A DNA stretch of 34,776 nucleotides, taken from positions 57,196 to 91,971 of the forward strand of contig WELA01002721.1 of assembly GCA_009602735.1 (NCBI GenBank). Direction: 5' to 3'. The translations under genes and the position numbers were made by a program. The notes beneath the pieces are model-generated. The model made no database searches. It was not told the DNA's origin and saw only the letters and a list, made by a program, of their open reading frames with translations. Shown here piece by piece: positions 1 to 17,445 of this stretch (positions are counted from its first letter, which is position 1; each line of letters starts with the position of its first letter). Source of the DNA: Mesotaenium endlicherianum (lineage: Eukaryota).

Positions 1-85
1 TCCCCCCCCGCGCTTATCCTCCCCTTCCTTACCACCCCCATAGGCCCCCGCCCCCCGAAGGTACGTCCCTCCAAGTCCTCTCTCA

Positions 86-5382
<5,297 letters not shown>

Positions 5383-5808
5383 TATGAGTCGTTTCAAGGT
5401 ATCGACTGAGCAATATGAGTAGTGCAATTGAGAAAAACGAAAGAGTTGCAAAACACAAATGTGTCGCGCTCCGCTTACGAAGGACCCCAAAGGCAAGATC
5501 TACGAGGCATTACATAGCATAACCTCAATCTTCCAGAATAAGCTCCAACCATGAAGTGAAGCTGTAGCATATCTTGACGACTGGTGAGACGCGGAAAGGA
5601 CTTTCTCACAGTGCCAAAACCTCAGGTAACACGTCAACCAAGTACACCAAAGAGGCGTCCAGGATGGTCCAAATTCCAGGACGACGCTGCTGCTGTCTAA
5701 GGAACGCTGTCTTGACTGTTATAGGCCCAGCTGGAGTCCGCTGAAGCAACGAGGGATGCACGAACCGGCATACAGCTTGCGCAGTACCGCGCAGTGTAGT
5801 GCAGTATA

Positions 5809-5857
5809 GGCAAGAATGGGCAAGATTGGGCAAAATTGGGCAATATATGAGCAAGAT
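5809..5857. repeat. 10-bp tandem repeat, consensus GGCAARATTG, about 4-5 copies
   Basis: ggcaagaatg ggcaagattg ggcaaaattg ggcaatatat gagcaagat. Confidence 0.7.
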
Positions 5858-7348
5858 ACGCACTTGGCATGACTTGGCACATCCAGGTGTACTGGGACAC
5901 ACGGCATCTCGCGAGCTGAGAGCAGCTGAGAGTGCAGGAAAGCAGGGACTGCATGAGACTCCGACGGAACAAGAACAAGTCGTCGTCCAGAGTCGTCCAT
6001 TGTAGCAGTTCATGGGCTCTTCATATTGTACAAATCGTACGAATCCGTAATTCTGGGTTGCTTTGGTAGGGCAGGGAATGGTGGCGACATGAACTCTGCG
6101 GTCGAGTGCAGTTAACGTCATCCGACTTTCGAGTTTGTCCAAGTTTGTCTTTCGACCACTGATTCGGGAATTGTCTACATGCAGCCTCCGGAGTCCGACT
6201 CCGACTCAACCCCACTCAACCCGACTTGATCCCGACTCTTGAGGTTTGAATCACGTTTGAATCTGCACTTTAAAGCATTGGGGGCCGGGGGGCAACTCCA
6301 TGTACAAGTTGGAAAGAGATTACACCAAAATTATTAAGGATTTTAAAATCAGCCAATAATAAGGTTACAAGATATTATTTCCCTGATTCTTGTCCCTAGT
6401 TAACAAGTTAGCCCCCCCCAGTTTTTGTGGACACTCGCGGTTGCTATTGCCAAGCGGCGGACATATATATATATTTATGTGGCTACATGTGTCAACTTGT
6501 GGCCATGTCGTTGCTCAGCACTCTTGCCCGAGATGCTTCAGCACCACCCAGCATCCACCAGTGCCACCAGTGACCACAGCCCAGCACAGCCCAGCACAGC
6601 GCAGTGCTCTGCCTAGTTGAAGATTCGATTGTGACTGGTTGTGACTGGTCGATCTGTGACATTTTGTGAGCGCTTCGGTAATGCCGACTTGCTGTCGATT
6701 GCAGTCGCTTCTATCGTCGTCGGTTGCTATGTTCCGCTATGAATGTCCTTTTCGAGACCGCCCGGGCCGACATGCAAACAGTTATTAGAAGCGTGAACGT
6801 CGCGGGGTCGACAAGTTAACGCGACTTTTGGTGAGAAGCTCAGTTGAAAATGCGGGAAACAGATTAACAGCTTCTTATCTAGTGTCGAAGACTCATCGAA
6901 CATCATGATACGCCAGCTTATCAGTTATGGAAGAACCTTCGGAGGTTTCAGTTTGGCGTATTCGGCAACAGTCTGCTCAACTCGCCCCCCACGGTCCCAA
7001 TCTCCAAGGGGGGATGGAAGTCAAGGGGTAGAAGGTTCGATTGCGACCGAGTGCGACTGCTTCTCACATTCCCGATGTCTGGTAGGACGGTGTAAGGAGA
7101 TTCCTCCAACTGCGTAGTTATGAGTCAGGAATGTTGGGAGCAGTAATGAAGTAAGATCTGTAGTACTAGCTTGTTGTCGTCGGACAAGTAGAACATTATG
7201 TTATTTTCTTATATTGAAGCTCTATTGTAGGTCTACGCTAGGAGGAGCTCATGTCCAGGAAGGAGCTTACTTTGATGTGGGTTTGTATGTTTGGCGATGA
7301 TTGTCAGTAATTAAGTAGAGCTCTTAGATTAGGCTGCGGGACGACATA

Positions 7349-8211
7349 ATGTCGTCAGGCACATGCTACACCGACGTCCTTGAAGCAGCACCTTCAAGTA
7401 GTGGTGTTTTCGCTGCTTCTGGCGAGGATGAATGGTTGTCAGTCTTCTTGACAGATCCCTGCCCCATAAAGCCTCTAGATGCATTCGAACTTCTCCCCTC
7501 GTTTGACGCTGTAGCTCCCTCTCCGGCAGTCGTGGACATCCCTGACGAAATTCTAGATTTTGCGGATGCGTCGCCTCTCCAAGCCAGCACCTTGAGTCAC
7601 TCAGGAGCCTTTGGAGGGAGTGACGCAACCGCACCTTCGACGCCCGACGAAGCTTCGTGGGAAGGGAGCTTGCTGGACCCCGACTTCCTTCTCCAGGAGC
7701 CAACAGACTGCGATGCTTTCGATCCTAAGGCTTCCTGCGGTTCGGCCTCTGACAGCGGCAGTCCAGCGACGAGTGTAGTTGCGGGCTTTCACAGTGGAGC
7801 TGTTGGCACGCCTGCCTTCAAGTTCAGCCTAGAGCCCGCAGGGCCAGGGCCGCAGGCAACAAACGGACTGATTGTGGGGGATGCATCAACTGCAAAACCT
7901 CCCAAGGATGCTACTGCAACTCCCACACCCCAGGGAGGATACCTGGGGGGAGAATCAGGCCGTCAGGCTAGCCAGGAGCCTTGCCAGGGGACAGATGGAC
8001 CTCCGCTTGTCGTTCCGAAGGCCAATGCTCGACAGGCGGCTTCTGGAGCAGGCGCTTCTGGCGCAGACGAACAGGTGGGCACAAGCAGTGGAGCGTCAGG
8101 GAGCAGGGCTGGACCAGGTGGCACCGCCGCGGGAGCAGCGGGTGCCGGCCAAGCAGCAGCTGCCCGGCTGGCGCGCAAGGGCAGGAAGGCCGGGGCTCGA
8201 GCGGCAGCGGC

Positions 8212-8242
<31 letters not shown>

Positions 8243-11200
8243 GTGGAACTGGAGCTCGACTCCAACGAGATGATGATGACAGCGACGACGACGACGACGA
8301 GGGAGGAGTCTCCGAACCGGGAGGGGGAGGGGGAGGACTCTCCGAACGACGACAGTGGCGACTGCCAGACGGCGACGGAGACGGCCAAGCGAGAGGCCCG
8401 GCTCATGCGCAACCGCGAGAGCGCGCAGCTGTCGCGCCAGAGGAAGAAGGTAATGCTGTGCCCAGCTGGCAGTGCCCATCTTTGTTACCCTGCCAGCCCC
8501 CCTCCCTCCCTCTCTTCTAATTCCTCGTCACCCCCAGTCCCCCCTCCTCCTTCCCCCCTCCCCCCTCTCTGCTTCCCCCTTGCTCCTTTCTTCTTAACCC
8601 TCCTTACTGCACTTCTTTCCATTTATGCCCCCTTCCGCCCCCCCGCGCGCTTGCGCCCTGGCTCTTCTTTCGTCCTGGCCCCTCGATGGGGGTACGCAAG
8701 TACTAGCTCACTTAGGGCTACGGGGGAGGATTTGACGTGCATTGAAGATCGTTGACTGTGAGTGGTGAATCTGCTCACAATATCCCAATCTGCTCGTTCG
8801 CAGCCTGGACGCCTGCCTGCCTGCACGCAGTCGAGGTCTTCATTCTTTTCCTTTTGCTGCTGAGACTGCATATTGCACTGTGCGGGGGAGCAGCGCCCGG
8901 CCGGGGGGGCGGGGGGAGGTAAGAGTGCTGCTGTGGCCGTACTTGGGTCTATTCCTTTTATGGATTGGCCCGTTAGGAAGCGAGGAGGAATGATTGGCCC
9001 GCCCAAAAAAGGCTGCGACTCGCTGCTGTGAAGTTAAAACGTCCTGCTACGCATCTGTGTGCGAGTTGCAGAAGAGCTATGCCAGGCTTTCTCTCTGTAT
9101 GCTTCTCTTCCCCTCCCCTCAGAAGACACATCCTGCCCCTGCCCCCCTGCCCCCGCCCCAAACGCCCCCCCCTTCCCACAACCCCCGCACCGGCACCCGC
9201 ACGCGCACCGTGCCTTACATGTAGACCCTATCCTTATCTCCGCGTGCAAATTGATATTTGTATGCCATTGCCTTAGCTTGCTTGCTTCTTTCTGCTCACC
9301 CTTCCCGCCCCACCTCCCGCCCTCCCCCGCTCTCGCCGTCTTCTCGACGCACGCTGCACCTAGCATGTAGGCCCTGTGAGTAAGTGGTGAAAGTGAAAGT
9401 GGAATAGGTATCCGATGGCTGACCTGCTTCCTCTTTGCCTACTCTCCTCTCCCCGTCCCCTTCCCCTCCCCCTCGAAACTCCTGCCCTGCCTCCCCCTGC
9501 ATGGCTCGCTGCCAGGTTTACATGGATGAGCTGGAGGGTCGCCTGCAGACCATGGCCGCCACCGTTGCGGAGCTGCAGAACACGATCGCACACTTGACGG
9601 CGGAGAACGTCAACATGCGCCGACAGCTGGCCTGCTATTACGCGCCGCCACCCGGCACGGGCGGCAGGCCCGGGGTGGTGCCCATGATGCCGGGCGGCAT
9701 GCCGCCCTATCTCGGGATGGGCGGCTATCCGCCGCCCGGCTTTCCCGGTTACCTGCCCACCTGCGCGCCACCTGTCCCTATCCCCCGCCTCAAGAAACCC
9801 AAGGTGGAGGCTGCCGCGAAGAAGGAGAGCAAGAAGACAAAAGCCAGGAGCGGGAGCTCTGAGACGGTGCCACCTGGCGACTCCTCAGGCGCTGCTGCTG
9901 AGGTCAAGGCAAAGGCTGGGGGGGCTGAAGCGGGCCAGCCGGAGGGAGGGGGAGGAGAAGAGGGAGAGGGCGGGAGGAGCAGGAAGCGAATGAAGAAGGC
10001 GGCGGCGGCGGCTGCGACAGCTGGCGCCTCAGCCGTGGCGCTCGCGCTCTTCTGCTTTGCATTTGTCACGGGGCCTGCTGCGGTGCCAGCTGGGAGTGCT
10101 TGGCTCTCCGCGGGGCCCCTCCGGGGGGGCATTTGGGCAGGAGCGGGCGGCGGAGCTCTTGGGTGGACGGGCAGCGGCGCGGCCGGCACAAGCGCTCACG
10201 CGCACGCTGGCGGGCGCGTGCTCATGGGCCTTGAGGAGAGCGACAGCTGGACCAATCGTACGATCGACGGGCAGGCGGCAGGAGCTAGGGTTGGGCCTGG
10301 GGCGCGTGGGATTGTCAAAGGGTGGTGGGGGACAGCTGTTGCTCCTAGAGTACCGCCGGCAGCAGCAGCAGTTGCACCGCCATTGACAAGGGCAGCGACA
10401 TCAGTAAAAGCAGAAGCAGCAGCAGCAGCAGCTGTGAGGGAAGAAATAGCTAGACCTTGCAACGGAAGCAGAAGTGCTTCCGTCGATGCTTCCCCAGGGA
10501 TGGGCGACAGGCTTTTGATCCGCCCCGGTATCCCTGTTGGGTACGCGGGGGGGGCAGGAGGGGGGGGACAATTTGCCTCGAGGGGCGGCAGCAGCCGGTT
10601 TGGCGAAGGTGCGGCTTCCCTGGGGGAGGCGCGCGTGCGCCCCCTCCGGCCGCGCCAGGTGTCAGTGCCGGCGTCGCTGTCGGTCCCACGGGACAACAAG
10701 CTGGTGAAGATCGACGGCAACCTCATCATCCGCGCCGTCATGGCAGGCGACAACGCCAGGTGGCAGGAGCAGAACAGCGCGCAGGCGCTGGCCCAGGCAC
10801 AGGCGCAGGGACGCGAGCGGGCGGCAGGGCTGCTCAAAGGAGACGGGCAGGGCGTGGCAGAAGAGCGTGGCAGAGGGAGGGGAGGGGGGGAGGCTCGAGA
10901 GGGAGGGGCTGCCGGCGCTGCAGTGGGCACGGGGGGGGNNNNNNNNNNNNNNNNNNNNNNNNNNNNNNNNNNNNNNNNNNNNNNNNNNNNNNNNNNNNNN
11001 NNNNNNNNNNNNNNNNNNNNNNNNNNNNNNNNNNNNNNNNNNNNNNNNNNNNNNNNNNNNNNNNNNNNNNNNNNNNNNNNNNNNNNNNNNNNNNNNNNNN
11101 NNNNNNNNNNNNNNNNNNNNNNNNNNNNNNNNNNNNNNNNNNNNNNNNNNNNNNNNNNNNNNNNNNNNNNNNNNNNNNNNNNNNNNNNNNNNNNNNNNNN

Positions 11201-12746
11201 NNNNNNNNNNNNNNNNNNNNNNNNNNNNNNNNNNNNNNNNNNNNNNNNNNNNNNNNNNNNNNNNNNNNNNNNNNNNNNNNNNNNNNNNNNNNNNNNNNNN
11301 NNNNNNNNNNNNNNNNNNNNNNNNNNNNNNNNNNNNNNNNNNNNNNNNNNNNNNNNNNNNNNNNNNNNNNNNNNNNNNNNNNNNNNNNNNNNNNNNNNNN
11401 NNNNNNNNNNNNNNNNNNNNNNNNNNNNNNNNNNNNNNNNNNNNNNNNNNNNNNNNNNNNNNNNNNNNNNNNNNNNNNNNNNNNNNNNNNNNNNNNNNNN
11501 NNNNNNNNNNNNNNNNNNNNNNNNNNNNNNNNNNNNNNNNNNNNNNNNNNNNNNNNNNNNNNNNNNNNNNNNNNNNNNNNNNNNNNNNNNNNNNNNNNNN
11601 NNNNNNNNNNNNNNNNNNNNNNNNNNNNNNNNNNNNNNNNNNNNNNNNNNNNNNNNNNNNNNNNNNNNNNNNNNNNNNNNNNNNNNNNNNNNNNNNNNNN
11701 NNNNNNNNNNNNNNNNNNNNNNNNNNNNNNNNNNNNNNNNNNNNNNNNNNNNNNNNNNNNNNNNNNNNNNNNNNNNNNNNNNNNNNNNNNNNNNNNNNNN
11801 NNNNNNNNNNNNNNNNNNNNNNNNNNNNNNNNGGGGGGGGGGGGAGTACGCGGAGGAGGAGGCGCAGCCGCACGCTCTTGGCGGGCTCACAGGGCTGGTG
11901 CTGAGGGAGGGCGTGTGCACGGAGCTCTTCCAGTTCGACGCCTCGCACCCCCTGCCACCGCCGTTGAGCCACCATCACCAGGAGCAGCAGCGGCACTCGT
12001 CGCCCGAGGAGGAGCCTAGTTTGGTTTCCAGCAGGAGCCTGACAAGCGCGGCTGCTTCTGACAACGTCACCGCCACGTCATCGGTCGGCGAGAGGAGGAG
12101 GCTGCTCCACCGCCCAGATCCGTACGCGGTGCCGCTCCCTCCTGCAGTCTCCGCCGCCCAGGCTGCCAATCAGACAAGGACGCCAGGTGGCGGCCTACGC
12201 CGCGCCCAGCACAACCTCCGGGGAGGTTCGGCCGCCACAGCTGCCAGCGCTGCCGCCCAGCGAGAGCGGCCCCCGGGCGGCAACAAGTGCTCTGAAGGAG
12301 CTTGCGTGAGTGTGAACAGGACTGTTGCAACCGGCTCCCACGCCACTGCTGCAGCAGACCTGGGTGCGAATCTGCACTTGCGCGTGGAGGAGGGAGAGCT
12401 TTCAAACGAGGGGAAGGTGGAGGAGTTTGGCGATGCTGGCGTCAGCCGGCACAGCAGCAGGAGTACCGGCAGGACGGGCAGCAGCGGCAGCAGCGGCAGC
12501 AGCAGGAGAAGGGAGAGCTCAATGGTGGTGTCGGTGCTGGCGAGCGGAGAGGAGTCCCTCAGCTTCGACCACAGCCCCGGGAGAGGGGGCGCCTCATCTT
12601 CCTCCTCCTCGTCGGCGTCGGCGCGCGGCGGCGGCGGCCTGTCCCAGATCTTTGTGGTGGTGCTTGTGAACGGCGTCAAGTATGTGACGTACTCGTGCAT
12701 GCTGCCGACCATTGGGGGCACCTCCGTGCCAATCGTGGCGGCCTAG
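7349..12746 (+). CDS. bZIP17: ER membrane-anchored bZIP transcription factor of the bZIP17/bZIP28/bZIP49 (ATF6-like) group
   Basis: Exon 7349-8449, phase-0 intron (GT 8450, AG 9515), coding 9516-10938, gap, then coding about 11833-12746 (TAG). The bZIP domain is KREARLMRNRESAQLSRQRKK|VYMDELEGRLQTMAATVAELQNTIAHLTAENVNMRRQL. Other group hallmarks: PPVPIPRLK, hydrophobic segment AVALALFCFAFV, GRVLM, ASLSVPRDNKLVKIDGNLIIRAVMA, GVCTELFQFD, RRLL, SMVVSVL and LSQIFVVVLVNGVKYVTYSCMLP. Structure inside the gap is unknown, and the symbol marks the group rather than one-to-one orthology. Confidence 0.93.
8213..8239 (+). repeat. (CAG)9 coding repeat (polyQ) in bZIP exon 1
   Basis: Nine CAG codons, followed shortly by (ATG)3 and an (ACG)n polyT run. 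Confidence 0.9.
10939..11832. other. assembly gap (N) within the bZIP gene
   Basis: Run of N between G-runs. Confidence 0.99.
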
Positions 12747-14205
12747 CACGCGGCGCGCCCGCGCTGTCGTTTCGTTTAGCTTTGCAATTCAGGGCGAGCA
12801 TCTTAGCAAGGGCTTCTTAGCTAGATAAGCGAGCCCATTAGAGCAAGCGCGTAGTAGCAGGTGCACTGAATAGCAAGCTTTGAGAGCGAGATTAATCCGG
12901 TAAGCGCGGTCTGGCAAGTACTGTAGAGGTGGAGTCGTGTCAAGCAAGCGTGACTTTGGCTAAGGAAGCAATAGAGAGAGCAAGGTGCCGCTTGGTGAGT
13001 GTGCTTATGATTCTCCATCTGACGTGATTATTGGGTAGCGGGACTGGCACATTGCTGGCCCGTGTATACTAGCTAGTAGTAACTAAGTTAGTCCAGGCCT
13101 TCGCGTGCATGCTGTGGTTTCTAGGGTGCACATTTGCAATTTGATGGATTTCATTGCTTGTGGTTAGTGTGGATCGAAGAATGCTAAGTTCTTGGCTAAA
13201 TCAGGCTTCATAAAAAGGGCCCAAGTAATTTTCAGGCTTCCTTTGAACGTCTATGTGAGTACCAAATAGTGATTATTTCTGGAGATTATATCTTACTATG
13301 CACCCGCAAGATAGTCTTTTATTGCATGAGACGCCGTACCAGGTTGCGCATGTGATTTCATATACAATGGATATCGCAAGGTCATTAAAGATATATGCCA
13401 ATCTGCAGTCTTACCCCTCTACGCGCAAGCCTATTTTTGTGCCTTCAACATACGTAGTGCATGGCCAGGTGCAGGGCTGGCCTTTCTAGCACAATGACAA
13501 AATTTGATTGACAAAGCTTTTCAGAATTAAATCACAAGTAGCGCACATTTTGGAGAAGGTAATAAAGACGATTTTTAATACTTGATATTTTATACCTCAG
13601 ATTGACGTCTTTCGTTTGATACAATGACAAGTACATGAAAGACATACAAAAACTCGTCGGCGCAACTTCCAAGTTCCATTTACTTTTTTTTACTTGTCTC
13701 AATAGGGGCATACGTATATATCAGTATTCAACTAACTCTGTGCTGGCTTTGTTTTGTATCTTATGGACCTTTCCTTTGTTCCCGTTGACAAACATAGAGG
13801 ATCAATATAATGTACAAATCTTAACCACACTTTGACAGTGACGACAAATTATACGACAACCCAAAAATAGTCACTTCATCCTTGAAGATTAGAATCTCAC
13901 ACTTGTCACTATTGAAGTGACAGAAGAAATCCGACGTAGGACATTAAACTCATTTAAGTACCTCCTTTAACACTTGTCATGTATGACCATTCCAAAACAC
14001 CTCGTGAATCTGGGAACAACTTGTTTATCATGCACGACGAAAGAGCCAACGTTCTTTGACTTTTTTACCTCGTAACTTCGTGATGCGTTCAAGAAGTACC
14101 AATTATAATGGGACAGCAACGTATACCCGGTCAGCGGCCGTTAGAGTGTACGAGACGCCATAAATTGAACGAGACAACTTTACACTTTCTATGTGATGCT
14201 TCACA

Positions 14206-15479
14206 ATGGTGTCAGCTAACAGGATGGAAGACTCTTCTGGCAATGCCATTGCCATAGGTGCACAGCGCTCTCAGCAACTCAGGTAAGAGATGCCTCTACT
14301 TTGAGTTAGAAAATTCCACAACGTACGCGTGAGGGTCTAGACGTTTTTTCTTTGTAGCATTCTGGAAAAGTGGTCCAGCGCGCATGGTTGAGAAACAGAA
14401 AAGTCTCCAGTGCAATGTCGCAATTGTTTCACAGAGGCGTCTTGGAGGTATGATATCTTCGCGTACGTGTAGTGATTTCCTCTCGCTATAACGGACTCTT
14501 GCGTTGTTCACGATCTTGTTTGATGTGGTCGTTTCACACTTCCAGGTCGCCTGGTGAAAAGCGCCGGTGGTGGACTAAGAAAGAGGACTACGAGCTTCGG
14601 AAATTCTGCAAACTTCATGAGCCCGGCCTTGGAAAGAGTGACTGGCATTCACCTATATTCCAAGAAAGCCATCCTTGCTTGTACAACCGGGGGCCCATAG
14701 CCTGTTTTGGACGTTGGAGACGGCTTGGTGGACAAGGAAAAGGTAAGAGGAGGATGAGGCAGCCCCTTGGGGTAGATAGCGAGCATGAAGACGATGGAGA
14801 CGAAGAAGAAGAGATGTGCGCGTCTGACGCGGAGGAGGAATCTTCTTCTCATAAGCTGAAGACACCGGATGATGATAGTAAATACAACATTAATGTAGGC
14901 GTCTCCGATAGTGAACAAGACCAGTCCGAAGAGGAAACAAGCAAGGACTCTGCTGCAGCCACTGCCCATGGCGTCCAAACGCGTCATAGGGCCCTCAAAT
15001 TTAAGGTTGAGGAGTTAAAGGATAAACTTGCCAGGTCAGAGCATGCAAAAGGTAAGGCAAATACGTTATGCAAAATGGTGAACTTAGAAATCTATGCAAA
15101 GGAGAAATCACTCAAAGAGACCCGGCTGGCTTTAGAAGAGGAAAAAGCAGAACGAGCGCAAGATAGTAAGATCTACCGTGCTTCGTTACAAAAGAAGCAG
15201 GATGCTCTTATTGAGGCGAATGCAAGGGCGAAGGAATCTAATCTCCACAAGGAGAAAGAGTTGCTAGAGACAAAGAGGCTGCAATTAGAGGAGGAGCTGA
15301 AGAAGGAGAAGGAGTTGGTGCTAGTGCTTCGCACGAGAGAGGAGAAGCGTGAAGAAGAGGCTCGACAATGGTGGACAGAACGCCTGGAACTTGAACACGA
15401 CTTACTTGTTGCGCGCGCGGGCTGTGAAGCCCTGAAGAAAGGGCTAGAAGCGGAGAAGCTGAAGAGCATCCTGAGATGA
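14206..15479 (+). CDS. uncharacterised Myb/SANT-domain protein with acidic linker and long C-terminal coiled coil (predicted 336 aa)
   Basis: Exon 14206-14282 (ATG...CTCAG|GTAAGA) joins exon 14546-15479 (CTTCCAG|G) through a phase-2 intron that preserves frame. Myb-like repeat KRRWWTKKEDYELRK...GKSDW...LYNRGPIACFGRWRRL at 14559-14726 has three spaced Trp. A D/E-rich segment follows, then an E/K/L-rich heptad region from about 14990. Confidence 0.75.
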
Positions 15480-17405
15480 CTACACAGTGAAAGAGTTTGC
15501 ATGGCAAATTGGCCGCCTGCCAACGGCAACGTACGCAGTTCCACGCTTGCATGGCTAAGAGGATCAAAAACCTAGCACTGCCTTGAGCCCTGCGCCTGTG
15601 TGCAGGGGGGGTTGAGCATTTGAGTTCCAAAATGGCTGTGGGGTTTCAGTACTACATGTGCATGTGCGTGTGGCACACATCAGGACACCGGCCATGCATG
15701 CAGGTGACATGCACTGGTGCAGGTTATCCGTAGATCGTGCTGAAGGAGGTGTGTATACTAGCGTCTGCTGTAGCTGCCAGCGGACATTCATATGCTAGCC
15801 TTCTACGTTCAATTGGCTAGCATTGCCCAGCTGTCAGTTTTGTGTGCCATAAGTAGCATAGTGCAGGATCTTAGCATGATGGCCCAATGCTGAACATGTA
15901 GAGAGTACGCGAATGACGAGATCTTCATGCTCTCAATGAGGCATTTGAGTGCGCTGACCACTTGTGCTCATATGCAATCAGAAGTCATGCACAACTACTT
16001 ATGCACCAGGTGAGCTACTCAAATGGGCAAGCTATATGTGCATATACATATACATATTAGAATCATTCTCAAACAGGCTGTGCGTATACGATGTCGATCG
16101 AGACGTTACTAGCAGACTGTGTGGTACATTAAGATTAGACAAATTGACGGAGTGTGTACGAAGATACCAGCTAGATGTCTTAGCAAGTTATGATGCAGCT
16201 GGAGCTGATGACCTCAGCTGTGTGAATGGGTAGTTAGCAACGCATGCCAAGTTGGGCAAGGCTGGACAAGAGTGTGTGTAAGGAAGAATGTATCAGAATA
16301 TTTGAATGATATTTCAGTGAAGCTGTAAATAGCAGAGTAGTTGATTGAGCTGTCAATGTGCATAGCAGGAGTCTTCTGTAAGCTGTGTGTGTATGTATCT
16401 TGAGCATTATTACTATATTGAGCTGGGTCCATATGCAGAGCTGCGTATATCTCAGCAGAATGCTGAGTAGCATATATGTACCCAATACTACCAGCGATGA
16501 GTTCATTCGCGTTACTTGTTAGCTATGTACACTTTAAAGTTTAGTATGCTGTGTGTACATATAGAGGAAAGTTATGTCGTCGGCTGTGTGTACTGAGCAA
16601 GAAGCTTGTGCAAAATAGGTCTTAGTTATATGAGCTCCCCTGGTTTCCAAGAGTCCTTAGCTACCGGCAGGCACGCAATGTTGGCTGTGGCGCGAGTCCT
16701 GGTTGCGTTGTAGTTCTCGTCTCGCTAGATAAGTGACTGTCTTGATTGGTCACTGTGGAAGCAGGCTACTGTTCAGGTGTTTGTCATAACGTCTCTATGA
16801 TTGGTAATCTGACCAGAATTGCAAGGGGCACCTAGAATTGTGTGCAGCTTGCAAATGCTAGATACTCTGAACTCGTGTACACCCTCCATATTGATATGTT
16901 GTGTTTGTGAAGGTTTTGGAGCATGTGAGTGCTTCGGCGTGAAGAGGCCTGCAACGAAGCTTGCACAGTCTTCCAGGTCTGAGCACACTATATTGGCTTC
17001 AACTTGAGTATACTCTACAAAAAGATTCAATGAGTCCACATATGGGCCAAGCCTCGTGATTGTATGCAGAATTTGTGCATTCAGTTTTGCAAAGTTCAAC
17101 TTCAGTCAATAATTTGCAATGCATAAGCCCATGATTTGGAGGGTACAGAAGGTCACAGCCTTGATTAAGGTTCGGGTTGCATCAAAGTCTATGTACGGCA
17201 GTGCTATAGGTTTTTTTTCATTCCCCATTGTGGACAAGGCCATGCCGTTGTTGCAAATGCCAGCAATTTGTTAGCTAGACCCCAAAAAATTGACTGGCTG
17301 GCGGCCCCAATCTGGCTGGCATTGTGGTCAAAATCGTCACGCAATCTCCACCGCAGTTTGCGTCATGCTTGATGTACAGATGTACTTGCCATGACACTCG
17401 AGCAT

Positions 17406-17445
17406 GTCCATGCATGCACATGCAAGTCCATGCATGCACGTGCAA
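17406..17445. repeat. 20-bp tandem duplication made of CATGCA (RY-type) units
   Basis: gtccatgcatgcacatgcaa gtccatgcatgcacgtgcaa, one mismatch. Confidence 0.85.

Noticed and set aside
5383..7348. ERSE (CCAAT-N10-CACG) autoregulatory element upstream of the bZIP gene
   Set aside because: CCAAT is present (about 6353, 6997) but without a correctly spaced CACG.
9435..12746. 1103-aa single ORF taken as the full bZIP protein
   Set aside because: It starts in an intron and includes 298 X residues. Frame continuity across an estimated gap is not evidence of an uninterrupted exon.
7963..12820. Many antisense and alternate-frame ORFs over the bZIP gene
   Set aside because: Expected shadows of GC-rich coding sequence, with no recognisable motifs.
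16031..16593. CRISPR-like reading of the motif and spacer array
   Set aside because: Repeats are about 10 bp, degenerate and irregularly spaced; the context is eukaryotic and there are no cas genes.
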